A stretch of 64,000 nucleotides of DNA from an uncultured Alphaproteobacteria bacterium (GTDB lineage: Bacteria; Pseudomonadota; Alphaproteobacteria; Rhizobiales; Beijerinckiaceae). The stretch is from NCBI GenBank assembly GCA_963829515.1, contig CAWHIP010000021.1:3614-67613 (forward strand), read 5' to 3'. Below, piece after piece: positions 44,891 to 55,659 of the stretch. Position numbers and translations under genes: made by a program. Within the stretch, counting starts at the first letter, position 1. Each line of letters starts with the position of its first letter. A model generated the notes under the pieces. That model had not been told where the DNA came from. It did no database searches and worked only from the letters and a program-made list of their open reading frames with translations.

Positions 44891-45124
44891 GACGCGGCCT
44901 GCGACGAAACGCTCGCCATGAAGTGATAACATCGGACAGACATGTGTCAACGTGTCGCCTATGCCTCTTTACGCCGCAGTTCGGCTTCTTTACGGCGTAA
45001 GTTAATCGCGCGCGGCGGGTCTCGGCCGGAATCGCTCGGCGACGCGGCGGCGGGGCGCGCTCAAGCCATGCGATAATGCGCTGAATTGAAGCGTTTTCGG
45101 ATTTCCTGTCGGAACGAAAGCGCC

Positions 45125-45242
45125 TTAGAGCGCGTCCCGATCGCATGGAATCATGTGAGCGAAAAAGGGCCCGCTCAAAATCAGAGAGTTGCAGCATGTC
45201 CTAGTCGAAAAAGTCGTGCAACTTTTTCGAGACATGCTCTAA
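45125..45242. repeat. palindromic intergenic element, copy 2
   Basis: TTAGAGCGCG...GCATG-gaat-CATGT...AGCATGTC..CGAAAAAGT-cgtgca-ACTTTTTCG..GACATGCTCTAA, 118 bp. Confidence 0.85.
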
Positions 45243-45270
45243 CGTGGCGGAACTGGAAGCGAACACAAAG

Positions 45271-45561
45271 ATGAATGCGCTTGATCGCCTCGAGGCCGCG
45301 CTGAAGCGGCTCGCCGCCGCGCTCGATCAGCTCGAGGCCGCGCGCGAGCGTCGCGTTCGGGCCGACGCCTTGCGCGCAAATCTCGAGGAAGAGCTTACCG
45401 TCATGCAGGACGATCGCTCGCGCCTCGCGGTCGAACTTGACGGCGCCGTCGCGCGGACGAACGCGCTGGAATTGGCGAATGACGAGGTCGCGCGCAGGTT
45501 GAAGGGCGTCAACGCGACGATCAAGGCGGTCTTGGCCGCCGCGGACACCCGCGGAGGCTGA
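45271..45561 (+). CDS. DUF4164-family coiled-coil protein
   Basis: LEAALKRLAAALDQLEAA and DRSRLAVELD; position upstream of zapA. Confidence 0.8.
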   Translation: MNALDRLEAALKRLAAALDQLEAARERRVRADALRANLEEELTVMQDDRSRLAVELDGAVARTNALELANDEVARRLKGVNATIKAVLAAADTRGG

Positions 45562-45688
45562 ACACCTTCTCCCGGACGCCGAAGCGGGCCGAGCCCCAAT
45601 ATTTGGATCGCGTCATTTACTTTGGATTTATCATTGGCCACTATCGCCCAGCGCCTATGCGGGGCGACGGATCTGAAGGAAAAGCGCA

Positions 45689-46063
45689 ATGGCGCAGGTC
45701 GCGGTGACGATCGCAGGCCGGGTCTTCCGCGTCGCCTGCGACGAGGGCGAAGAGGATCATCTCGGCGAACTCGCGCGCGTGGTCGACGGCAAGATTTCGG
45801 GCATGCGGCAACGTTTTGGCGAGATCGGCGACCAGCGCCTCACGATCATGGCGGCGATCACCCTCGCCGACGAATTGGCCGAGGCGCGCCAGCGCGTCAA
45901 CGCGCTTCAGACCGAGATCGCGGATCTCAAGGCCAATAGCGCGCATGGGTCGACCCGGACCGATGAATGGGCCGAGCGCGTGGCCGTGTCCCTTGGCGAG
46001 GCCGCGTCTCGCATCGAACAAGTGACGCAAGACCTGAATGACTCCGGGCGCGGCGAAACATGA
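45689..46063 (+). CDS. zapA: cell division protein ZapA
   Basis: VAVTIAGRVFRVACDEGEEDHL and DQRLTIMAAITLADEL. Confidence 0.93.
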   Translation: MAQVAVTIAGRVFRVACDEGEEDHLGELARVVDGKISGMRQRFGEIGDQRLTIMAAITLADELAEARQRVNALQTEIADLKANSAHGSTRTDEWAERVAVSLGEAASRIEQVTQDLNDSGRGET

Positions 46064-46192
46064 ACGAGGCTTCGCCTTCCTCCTCAATGCACCGTTGGAT
46101 CGTGTGAGTCCCGCGCGGGACGCGGCCGGCCGGGCCCACTTTATCCTCATCCTGCTCTGGCGTTTTGCGCGCGAAGACCCTAAATTGGGTCG

Positions 46193-46346
46193 GCGGAGCT
46201 GCGAGGTTCGTGTTGGATCTGCATTCCCGGGGCCTTATCGATCTCTAAGGGAGCTGTCCCTGGCCTTGCCCGTGGGCTCGGCCACATGGCGCCCACCTAC
46301 ATTGTAGGTTCCCGGGATCGATGTCCCACGGCCATCGCGGCCCCGC
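46193..46346 (+). ncRNA. ssrS: 6S RNA
   Basis: 5' GCGGAGCTGCGAGGTTCGTG pairs with 3' CACGGCCATCGCGGCCCCGC. Internal CCCGGGGCC..AGGGAGCTGTCCCT..GGCGCCCACCTAC..GTAGGTT..CCGGG. Canonical position between zapA and ygfA. Confidence 0.88.
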
Positions 46347-46392
46347 GCTTTCTTATTCAGCGCTTTCTCCTGCATGGCTGCTTGACCGCCCG

Positions 46393-46986
46393 ATGCCCGC
46401 CTCCGCCAGCAAAGCCGCCCTGCGGGCGCAAGCCTTGTCGCGTCGGGCCGAGGAGAGCGCGGAGGCCGCCGCCGCCTTGGCCTCCCATCTCGCGACCGCC
46501 GGCCTCAAGCTAGCGCTGCGCCTGCGCCCCCAAATCGTCTCGGCCTATTTCGCCCTGCGGGATGAGCCTTCGACCCTGCCGCTGCTCGAGGCCCTGGCCC
46601 GGCATGGCGTGACGACCGCCTTGCCGATCACCGGCGCGCGCGATTCGCCGCTCGTGTTTCGCCAATGGCGGCCCGGCGATCCGACCGTGAAAGGCAAGAT
46701 GGCGATCTCCGAGCCTTTGCCGAGCGCGCCCGAAGTCGCGCCGGATCTTCTCTTCGTGCCGCTCGCGGCCTTCGACCGCGCCGGCCACAGGATCGGTTAT
46801 GGCGCGGGCTTTTACGACCGCACCCTCGCGAAGCTGCGCGCCGCCAAGCGGATTTGCGCGGTCGGCGTGGCCTACGCCAGCCAGGCCCTGCCCAAGGTCC
46901 CGCATGAAGCGCATGACGAGCCGCTCGATTACGTGCTGACCGAGCGCGAATTGATCGACTGCCGGCCTGCCTTCACGGCCCAATGA
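46393..46986 (+). CDS. ygfA: 5-formyltetrahydrofolate cyclo-ligase
   Basis: PDLLFVPLAAFDRAGHRIGYGAGFYDR and HDEPLD. Confidence 0.93.
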   Translation: MPASASKAALRAQALSRRAEESAEAAAALASHLATAGLKLALRLRPQIVSAYFALRDEPSTLPLLEALARHGVTTALPITGARDSPLVFRQWRPGDPTVKGKMAISEPLPSAPEVAPDLLFVPLAAFDRAGHRIGYGAGFYDRTLAKLRAAKRICAVGVAYASQALPKVPHEAHDEPLDYVLTERELIDCRPAFTAQ

Positions 46987-47070
46987 AAGATGGCGAGGCC
47001 TCCCTTTCTCGATTTTAGCGCCGCGCCTGGCGTCCGGTCCGCCGGACCCTGCGCTCGTTTGGACAAAATC

Positions 47071-47915
47071 ATGCGCCTTCTCTTCATCGGTGATGTCGTC
47101 GGCCGCGCCGGCCGCGCCGTTCTCATTGAGCAACTGCCCCAATTGCGGCTCGCTTGGGGCCTCGATTGCGTCATCGTCAATGGCGAGAACGCCGCCGGCG
47201 GCTTTGGCATCACCGAGGCGATCTGCGCCGATTTTCTCGACGCCGGCGCCGATTGCGTGACGCTCGGCAATCACGCCTTCGACCAGCGCGAGGCGCTTGT
47301 CTTCATCGCCAGGCAGCCGCGGCTGCATCAGGCCATTGAACTATCCGAGCGGCGCTCCCGGCTACGGCGCCAATCTCATCGAAACCGCCGCCGGCGCCCG
47401 CGTCCTCGTCATGAATTTGATGGGCCGGGTCTTCATGGACGCGATGGACGATCCTTTCGCCGCCGCCGAGCGCGAGCTCAGCGCCTGCCCCTTGGGAATG
47501 GGCTGCGACGCCGCCGTCATTGATTTCCACGCCGAGGCGTCGAGCGAGAAACAGGCTTTCGCCCATTTCGTCGACGGCCGCGTCTCACTCGTCATTGGCA
47601 CCCATACGCATGTGCCGACCGCCGATCACCAGATCCTGCCGCAAGGCATCCGCCTATATGACCGACGCCGGCATGACGGGGGATTATAATTCGGTCATCG
47701 GCATGGAGAAGGATGAGCCGATCCGCAGATTCACGACCAAGCTGCCGTCCACCCGGTTCGAGCCGGCGGCGGGCGCCGCGACGCTTTGCGGCGTCGCGGT
47801 CGAGCTCGACGGCAACGGGCTCGCGACAAAAATCGCGCCGGTGCGCATCGGCGGCAAGCTGGCGCAGGCGCGGCCGGAGTTTTGGGAAAACGCCGAGCTG
47901 ATCCCAGCTTTGTGA
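47071..47915 (+). CDS. YmdB/TIGR00282-family metallophosphoesterase (frameshifts ~47330 and ~47650)
   Basis: FIGDVVG, NGENAAGG, TLGNH, DFHAEASSEK, GTHTHVPT and D.GMTG across three frames. Confidence 0.9.
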
Positions 47916-47998
47916 AGAAGTCCCGAAGCAGCGACGGCGGCAAAATTTGCTTGAAAGAGTATCCCAACCCGATCGAACCGGGTAGTTTCGAGCCCTGA

Positions 47999-50101
47999 AT
48001 GAACCAATTCAACCTGAGCTTTACGCCGCTTTTGCCCTGGCCAGTCCTGATCGGCTTCGGACTCGTCGCGCTTTTGCTCGTCGGGCTCTGGCTTTACGCG
48101 CGCCGGCGCGGGGCGCTTTTGCGCGGGCTCGGCTTCGCGCTGCTGATCCTGGCCCTTTGCGATCCGGCCCTGGTGCGGGAAGACCGCGCCGGCTTGAAGG
48201 ATGTCGTCGCCGTCGTCATCGATCGAAGCGGCAGCCAGACCCTCGGCGAGCGGCAGGCGCCAGACCGACAAGGCCAAGGACACGCTCGTAAAGGCACTGA
48301 CCGCGCTCGGCGAAGTAGATGTCCGCGTCATCGAGAGCGGCCGCGCCGACGCCGGAGGCGGACGGCACGCGCCTGTTTTCGGCGCTAAACGCCGGCCTGG
48401 CCGACGCGCCCTCGGAGCGGATCGGCGCGCGTCTTCATGATCACCGACGGGGTCGTCCACGATATACCCGCCAATGTCGAAGCGCTCGGCTTCAAGGCCC
48501 CTCTGCATGCCCTGATCACCGGCCATGAAGGCGAGCGCGACCGCCGGATCGAGCTTCTCGAAGCGCCCCGCTTCGGCATTGTCGGCAAGGATCAGACGAT
48601 CGAACTTAGGGTGATCGACTCGGCCGGCGAGCACCGAGCCGGTGACGCTGCGCGTGCGCCGCGATGGCGCGCCGATCGCGACGCTTGTCGCCGCGCCCGG
48701 CGAGCGCCTTCGCGTGCCGGTCGGAATCGAGCATGGCGGCCCGAATGTCGTCGAGCTGGAGGTTGACGCCCTGCCCGACGAATTGACCGCGATCAACAAC
48801 AAGGCGGTGCTGACGATCACGGGCGTGCGCGACAAGCTCAAGGTTCTGCTCGTCTCCGGCGAGCCCCACGCCGGCGAGCGGATGTGGCGCAATATCTTGA
48901 AGTCGGACGCCAATGTCGATCTGGTCCATTTCACGATCCTGCGTCCGCCGGAAAAGCAGGACGGCACGCCGATCAACGAATTGTCGCTGATCGCCTTTCC
49001 GACCGCCGATCTGTTCGGCCGCAAGATCAGCGAGTTCGATCTCATCGTCTTCGACCGCTATTCGAACCAAAGCGTGCTGCCGCTGATCTATTTCGACAAT
49101 ATCGTCGCATTATGTCCGCGAAGGCGGCGCGCTTCTGCTCGCCGCCGGCCCCGATTTCGCCCGGCCCGAAGGGCTCTTTTTCTCGCCGCTCGGGCGGATC
49201 TCTCCGGCCCGGCCCGACGGCACCCTGACCGAGCGCGCCTTTCGCGCCGCGATCTCCGACGAGGGCGCCAAACATCCGGTGACCCGCGGCCTTCCCGGCG
49301 CGAGATCAGACCCCGCCGGCCTGGAGCCCCTGGTTCCGCCAAGTCAACGCCGAGGTCGCGCGCGGAACCAGCATCCTCTCGGGCGCCGACAAAAAGCCGC
49401 TGCTTGTGCTGTCGCGCGAAGGCAAGGGACGGATCGCGCTGCTTTTGAGCGATCAGATGTGGCTCTGGGCGCGCGGCTTCGAGGGCGGCGGGCCGCATCT
49501 CGATCTCCTCCGCAGGCTCGCGCATTGGCTGATGAAGGAGCCGGAGCTTGAGGAGGAGGCGCTGCGCGCCGCTGTCCACGGCCGCCGGATTGAGATCGAG
49601 CGTCAAAGCCTGCTCCAGGCGATCCCACCGGTCACCGTGACCGCTCCGTCGGGCGCGGCGCAAAGCGTCGCGCTGACGCCGGCCGAGCCCGGCCTTTCAC
49701 GCGCGACATTCGACGCCGAAGAGCTCGGCCTTTATCGGCTGAGCGACGGCGTCCTCTCGGTGCTCGCCAATGTCGGCCCGGAAAACCCGCGGGAGTTTCA
49801 GGAGGTCGTCTCGACGCCCGACAAATTGCGGCCGCTTGCCGAGGCGACCGGCGGAACCGTGCGCCGGATCGCCAATGGGGCTGGCGGCGAAATCACGCCG
49901 CCGCGCCTCGTCGCCATGCGCGAGAGCCCTGTCTATGGCGGGGCGGACTATGCCGCGATCCGACGCACCGGCTCGAGCGAAGTCAAGGGCGTCGGCCTCG
50001 TCCCGCTGGCGATCGGCTTCCTCGGGCTCGCCGCGCTGTTAGGCGGCGTCGCGGCGGCGTGGGTTTTCGAGGGCCGCGGGGCGGCCGGACGGCTGTCCTG
50101 A
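47999..50101 (+). pseudogene. membrane protein with class I glutamine-amidotransferase-like domain; about six frameshifts (decay or assembly error)
   Basis: N-terminal TM pair, VVIDRS.SQ, MITDG, VLLVSGEPHAGERMWR, FTILRPPEKQDGTP and GGGPHLDLLRRLAHWLMKEPELEEE spread across six frame switches. Confidence 0.7.
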
Positions 50102-50288
50102 AGAAAACGGGCTTGGAAGTGTCTCAGAATGAAATTTCCGCGGTGGGTGGTTTTGCGTCGGTCCGCTTCCGGGCCTGCAGTATGGAAAGCGGTCATTCGG
50201 CTTATGGCTTGTGGGCGCACTTCGGAGCATGCATTTGCAGGGATAGATGGAACTCCTCGGCAAGGAGGTCGAGGAGTTCCTCGGATCG

Positions 50289-50920
50289 CTACACCTCCGT
50301 GCCTTCCGCAAGGGCGAGCGCATCCTCTACGTCGACGCCAAGGTATCGAGCGGTGCTTTCGATTTTAGTATGGCCGAGCAATATTTGTACGGCACGCAAG
50401 TTGCCTGTCTGTTTATAGATGATGGATGCCTTGGTTCGGCGAAGCGAATGCGTCCCGTAGTCTTCCCGGCGTAATCCGATCCCGGTTACCCATTCGTCGA
50501 CGAGGCGAGCATATTGCCGCGTGCTGATATGATCGGCGTGATCGATGCGACTTGGAAAGACGAAGTCGTCGAGCGTGCCGCCGCGCCGTTCGAGCCATGC
50601 CAGAATACTGCCGCGAGCAGGTTCAAGGAGCTCGAACTGAACGGGCGCCCGGTCTTCCGCTGAATAACGGTCGCGCGTGTACGAACGCGGCCGCCGCTGA
50701 CGAGGTCGCTGATCTTGACCTTGACAACATCGCACCCGCGGAGCTTGCTGTCGATTGCGAGATCGAACATCGCACGGTCGCGAAGCCGCTGCTCTCGATC
50801 GAGCCAGAACCGGATCGCCCAAACCTGCAGCGGCTTCAGTGCGCGTTTGCCGCCAAGCTTCCGGCCCGCATTCCATGGGCGCCGCTCTTTGGCGCCCGGG
50901 TCGTATTCCGAGTGTCCCAT
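50289..50920 (-). CDS. small (about 210 aa) tyrosine recombinase/integrase, catalytic domain only (frameshift ~50640)
   Basis: PWNAGRK; catalytic R (DSKLRGCD), K (QRKTG), HSLRR, LLGH and Y (STARYLG) split over two frames at CGCCCG. Confidence 0.88.
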
Positions 50921-51054
50921 CGCCCTTCTCCTCTCGGCCCTCATTGGCCAAGAAGAAAACTCGGCGCCATCACGATCGACACCCGAGAGCTGGCGGATAG
51001 CATCCAAACCGCTTTGGGTCAGCAACCTTGAATAGCCGACCTTCTGTTGATCAC

Positions 51055-51340
51055 TAAGTGCATGTTTGATAACGGCTCAGTGAACGATGCGTCGCCATAG
51101 GAGGCTGACGAGAGCGACATGGACCATCGCCTGGAGACGTCGATCCTCTTGTAATAATTGTGGACGAAGTGGCGCCAGTGGGCCATTCAGCCGAACGTGC
51201 GTTCGACGACCCCTCGGCGGCGCAAAACCTCGAAACCGTTCTGGCCGTCGACGCATTTGATGATCTACATCGGAAGCTTAAATCACGCCGGCCAAAAGTC
51301 CGCAATCTCCTCCTCAAACGGTCTTTAGCTGGCCAAGCGC
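51055..51340 (-). pseudogene. degraded IS5-family transposase 3' remnant with its terminal end
   Basis: Minus strand reads GQNGFEVLRRRGVVERTFG*MAHWR...KRIDVS, a decayed version of GFEVLPRRWVVERTFGW, then ...TCAAACATGCACTTA. Confidence 0.7.
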
Positions 51341-51375
51341 AAAATCCGCGCCATCCTCCTGCAAGAGTTTACTTA

Positions 51376-52311
51376 AAGTCGGTCCGTGAACTTCACGCTT
51401 GATTACAAAGTCTTCTGAGCATGAGACGGATGGAGGCAAGGTGCAGAAACGCCAGCGCCTTGCGATTGAGGTTTTCGAAGTCCTTGGCCAGCCTTCGGCA
51501 GCGACCGAGCCATGAGAAGGTTCTTTCGAACACCCATCGGCGAGGCAGCGCCTCGAAACCTTTGACCGCATCCGAACGCTTGACGATCTCGGTGTCGACA
51601 AACGGCAAGGCCTTCTTCTGGGCGTCGCTGAACTGCGGGCCCTGATAGCCGCCGTCTGCAAACAGCTTTTGCAGAAACGGGAATTTCCCGAACATCGTGC
51701 GCAGGACGAGAACGCCGCCATCGCGATCCTGAGTGTCGGCAGGATGAACCAGCGCGTGAAGCAGCAGGCCTATCGTATCGACCAGAATGTGCCGCTTCTT
51801 GCCCTTGATCTTTTTTCCTGCATCGTAGCCATGCGGATCGATGCGACGCCCCCTTTTTCAGCGCTTTTCACGCTCTGGCTGTCGATGACCGCGGCGGTCG
51901 GGCTGGCCTCGCGCCCTGCCGCTTCGCGACACTTCACGTAGAGAGCATGATGGATGCGATCGAGCGTTCCGTCGTATGTCCAAAGATCGAAATAGCCGTA
52001 GACCGTGCTCTTGGGCGGCAAATCCTTGGGGACGGCGCGCCATTGGCAGCCGGTCGAGAGCACATACATCAAGCCGTTCACGACCGCGCGCATCGCGACC
52101 GTGCGTTTCCCTCCGCCCCGCTTCGCAGGTGGGATCAGCGGTTCGACGAGCGCCCACTCCACGTCCGTCACGTCGCTCGGGTAGCGCAATTTGCTACGAT
52201 CGTAGCGCGCGCGATTTTCATTCGTCCACATCGGCGGTCTCCGCGAGAATCAGACCGCCTCATTGAAATCATAAGAGATTCATCCGATTCAACTTGTCTT
52301 CGGACCGACAC
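51376..52311 (-). mobile_element. IS5-family insertion sequence (IS1031/IS427-like), about 0.94 kb
   Basis: Terminal IRs sharing GTCGGTCCG (51378-51386 and 52301-52309) flanked by TAA/TTA; two-ORF DDE transposase. Confidence 0.9.
51393..52231 (-). CDS. IS5 transposase, OrfA/OrfB joined by -1 frameshift at AAAAAGGGGG (~51850-51859)
   Basis: OrfA: YPSDVTD.EW, TGCQWRAVPKD, IDSQSVK. The -1 frame continues GYDAGKKIKGKKRHILVD...ADGGY...RRWVFERTFSWL. Confidence 0.9.
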
Positions 52312-53981
52312 TTAAAATCGCTATCGCTTGTGAATACAGTGGACAGCTCTTCGAGGTCTTCGAAGATCATTGGCTTTCCGATCTTCTCCAGCAGGCCGGC
52401 CCGTTTCAAAAGATCCATGGGTTCGCTGTGCAACTCGGCTATCCCGAATGTAATGCCACGCTCGGCAAACATGCTGCGCACCTCGTCAAGCATTGCCGCC
52501 GCCGTCGAATCCAACTGGACGATGGCGCTGGCGTCGAGCACGAACCAACGCGTATCGGACAAACCGGCCGCGATAGAGGTGAGGCGCGACTTCATATAGT
52601 CAACATTGAAGAAGAGAAGACTGCCCTCGATCAAGCAAATCGCCAGTCCTGGTATCGGTCGCGCTGCCTTCGATCTGTGTATTTTGTAGAAGCCATGTTG
52701 GCCGGGGATGAGGCCAAGCATCGCGTCGCGGGGCCGCATTTCCTTGAGCAGCGTGTACAAGAGGGTCGCCGCTACAGCGATTACGACGCCTTTCAGGACG
52801 CCAAGGCTAATCGGACCGGACATGCCAATGAGCGCGAAGACAAACTCCATCCGGCTGACGCGCCAGATCTCGCGCAGGCCGGCAATATCAATGAGGCCGA
52901 TTGCGGCGGCTACAAGAATCGCTCCGAGGGCCGGAACCGGCAAAACTCGGAGAGCGTCGTTCAAGTATAGGAGCGCCCCCGTAAGAGTGAGGGCCGCAAC
53001 GATGCTCGATATTTGTGTCCTGCCGCCAACGCTCATGTTAATGGCGGTGCGCGAGTCGGAAACGGTCACTGGAAAGCCGCCAAATAACCCCGATGCAATA
53101 TTGGCGGCTCCAAATCCGACGAGTTCCGTGTCAGCGTCCACCGCGAACTTGCCGCGCGCGCCGAAACTGCGCGCTGTGACGATGCCTGAGCCGAAGCTCA
53201 CCAGCCATATCGCCGTCGCATCGAGCAACAGCTCCTTCAAGGGCAAGTTCATCACGTCAGGAAGGGAAAACGTCGGCAGCGATCGAGGCACATTTCCCAC
53301 CACCGCCACGCCCATCTTCTCAAAGTCGAAGATAGCAGAGGCCGCGGCTGCAACCACAACAACGACTATTGGTCCCGGGACCGGTGAACGCCAAAGTGTC
53401 ATGAACTGCAGAATGACGAACATCGCGATTCCGATCATAACGGAAAGCCAGTGGATCGATCCTGCTTTTTGGAAGAGTTCGACGAATGGCGGAAAAAGGC
53501 CATCGGATTCGATCCGTATGCCAGTCAATCGTCCGATCTGACCGACAAGGATCGAAATAGAAACGCCGCCGATGAAGCCGACAAGGATCGGCTTCGACAA
53601 AAAGACGCAGACTATGCCGAGACCGAGCCTGCTCGCGACAATACAGAAGATGCCGACGGCCAACGCGAGCGCGGAAGCCGCGGCGACGCGGTCGGCCGGC
53701 AAATTTATCGAGGCATTCGCGAGTGTGGCGGCCAGAACAGTCATCGTCGGTGCGTCCGGACCAACAATCAGCTGACGCGAGGGACCAAGCAAAGCGTAGC
53801 CGACAAGTGAGAGAATGCTTGAATAAATCCCCACTTCTGGCGGCAGGCCGGCGATCGCCGGATAGGCAATCGCGCTTGGCACGGCTACCGCCGCGACGGC
53901 GAGGCCCGCTGTCGCGTCTCGGCCGAACCACTCGGGCCTGTAGCCGTTAAGGCTCGTCAAGATCCTAAACCGGGCGAACAT
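52269..53981 (-). CDS. SulP/SLC26 anion permease with STAS domain
   Basis: DATAGLAVAAVAVPSAIAY, GLYS-like GIYSS, QLIVGP, NIASGLFGG and C-terminal LDASAIVQLDSTA (STAS). The stop codon lies inside the IS left end. Confidence 0.92.
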   Translation of the reverse strand: MFARFRILTSLNGYRPEWFGRDATAGLAVAAVAVPSAIAYPAIAGLPPEVGIYSSILSLVGYALLGPSRQLIVGPDAPTMTVLAATLANASINLPADRVAAASALALAVGIFCIVASRLGLGIVCVFLSKPILVGFIGGVSISILVGQIGRLTGIRIESDGLFPPFVELFQKAGSIHWLSVMIGIAMFVILQFMTLWRSPVPGPIVVVVVAAAASAIFDFEKMGVAVVGNVPRSLPTFSLPDVMNLPLKELLLDATAIWLVSFGSGIVTARSFGARGKFAVDADTELVGFGAANIASGLFGGFPVTVSDSRTAINMSVGGRTQISSIVAALTLTGALLYLNDALRVLPVPALGAILVAAAIGLIDIAGLREIWRVSRMEFVFALIGMSGPISLGVLKGVVIAVAATLLYTLLKEMRPRDAMLGLIPGQHGFYKIHRSKAARPIPGLAICLIEGSLLFFNVDYMKSRLTSIAAGLSDTRWFVLDASAIVQLDSTAAAMLDEVRSMFAERGITFGIAELHSEPMDLLKRAGLLEKIGKPMIFEDLEELSTVFTSDSDFKCRSEDKLNRMNLL

Positions 53982-54381
53982 TGCGTGAACTCCGGCGCGA
54001 ACTTTCCGCTTAGGCAAATGCGCCCCATCTGAAGGCGCCAGGCGCCTTATCCGCAAATCCAAACATATCTGATGGGGCTCGCGCGCCCACAAGAACCGAC
54101 GCCATTGCGCCAAAATCGGCCGCGCCAGAAGCGCCGACCTGTCCCATACCAGACGCCCATGCAATAGCGGACGCCTACACTATAGCGACCCACCGCTCAG
54201 CATTGGACGCCGTATCCACATTACATACCACGACCACGAATGCCTTATCTGCGATGGGCTACGCCCACCGCAGATGATAGCCATATTCACAGCGACGGCT
54301 GCCTATTCCGCCTCGTCCGCCGAACCGCACAAAATCGCATGGTCATTGACATGGCCCAACTTACTTGGGTCGCTGCCGAAT

Positions 54382-55038
54382 TCAGGGCCGATCGCTAATC
54401 GACCAGGGGGCTGCGTCGGCGTTCGAAGTCTGCTTGTGAAAAGACGATCTCGCCAAGAGCTTCGAAACGCCGCGCCCTGACTGCTCGAGGCAGGCCAGCG
54501 CGTCTCGGTAAGAAATATTGAGAGGAGTGATGAGGTCGGCGCTGACAATCTGCACCACTCCCGACGAAGGGTCAGGCGCACCAGGCATAAAGACGACAGC
54601 TTGGCCATCATTGAACGAGTCGGCAAGGAAGCCAACCTGCCATCCATTGTTCATGCGCAGCAGGACCGGCTTGAGGTCTTCCTTGGTCCTTGCCTCCAAC
54701 CCCGCCAAGCGATCAGTGTATTTACGAAGGGCGACGTAGGGAGGCAGTTTATTTAGGACCTTGTCTTCAAGGAAAGATGCCGCGTCCTTCTCAATTTTGA
54801 AAGAACGCACGATAAGCCCAGCAGTGAAGGCCACCAGCACAAGTAAAAAACTCCCGACCACATAAACGCCGAGAACCGCCTCGCCTTTTGAAATTGGCAG
54901 CCTTTCCGCGAGTGGCATCGCGGAATCGATAGCCATCTTGCCCGCCTTGACGATAATAAGGAAAACCGCAGCGAAGGGGAGCAAGAAGATAGCTCCGCCG
55001 ACCACCGTGGTTTTCACAAAGTCGAAAATTGGCCTCAT
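54382..55038 (-). CDS. DUF502-family membrane protein
   Basis: KTTVVGGAIFLLP, LNKLPPY and VVFMPGAPDPSSG. Confidence 0.8.
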   Translation of the reverse strand: MRPIFDFVKTTVVGGAIFLLPFAAVFLIIVKAGKMAIDSAMPLAERLPISKGEAVLGVYVVGSFLLVLVAFTAGLIVRSFKIEKDAASFLEDKVLNKLPPYVALRKYTDRLAGLEARTKEDLKPVLLRMNNGWQVGFLADSFNDGQAVVFMPGAPDPSSGVVQIVSADLITPLNISYRDALACLEQSGRGVSKLLARSSFHKQTSNADAAPWSISDRP

Positions 55039-55279
55039 GGCGCCCTGCGTCCTTGGCGAAACCTGTTTTCCTTATAAGCGCAAAACACCCGCCCCCATGC
55101 GCTACCCCGACTTTTGGCGAAAATATGTCGCGCCTTCGCCCCGAAACATCCTAGCCCCAAAGGGCGTCATCGATGAAGCTAAATGCTCTAGAGTGGCTGC
55201 CGGCCCTCGCCCGCAGCCACTTGATTCACTCGACGCTCATTATAAACCCGCCACGCTCGGCGGCCATCATCTTCGCGGA

Positions 55280-55513
55280 TCAGTAGCTGTGGCGACGGGC
55301 TGTCCGGCGCGCGGTGCGGCGCACCACACGACGGGCGTAAAGCGCTTTTTCCACGAAGCTGTTGGATGCAACGAAGCCGTTGGACGCAACAATTTCCGTG
55401 CAGGCTCGCGAATAGTTCGCTGGAGCAGCCGCTTGAGCGTGGGAGCCGAGCCCTATTGCTAGCGCCGCACCTAACGCCACGGCAGCAAATCCGTGAACCG
55501 TCATCATTCTCAT
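55280..55513 (-). CDS. small secreted protein with Arg-rich tail
   Basis: Signal peptide ending HAQA; VASNGF/VASNSF 18-bp duplication; ARRVVRRTARRTARRHSY. Confidence 0.6.
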   Translation of the reverse strand: MRMMTVHGFAAVALGAALAIGLGSHAQAAAPANYSRACTEIVASNGFVASNSFVEKALYARRVVRRTARRTARRHSY

Positions 55514-55659
55514 CGCAAACTTCCTCCGTTTAAGGCATTCATTAATGGCAACGCGTGAAAGATCATGCCTGTGGGCGCGCATTTATGAAGGACCGCGCCC
55601 GGGTCTTGTCTCCGCCGCAGTCTTGTCGAAGCTTTTGAATTCTTCGCCCTCGCTAAGCG

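Noticed and set aside
51850-51859. Frameshift within the IS5 transposase
   Set aside because: A5G5 slippery-site two-ORF organisation is a known feature of this IS5 subgroup, so it is neither novel nor an error.
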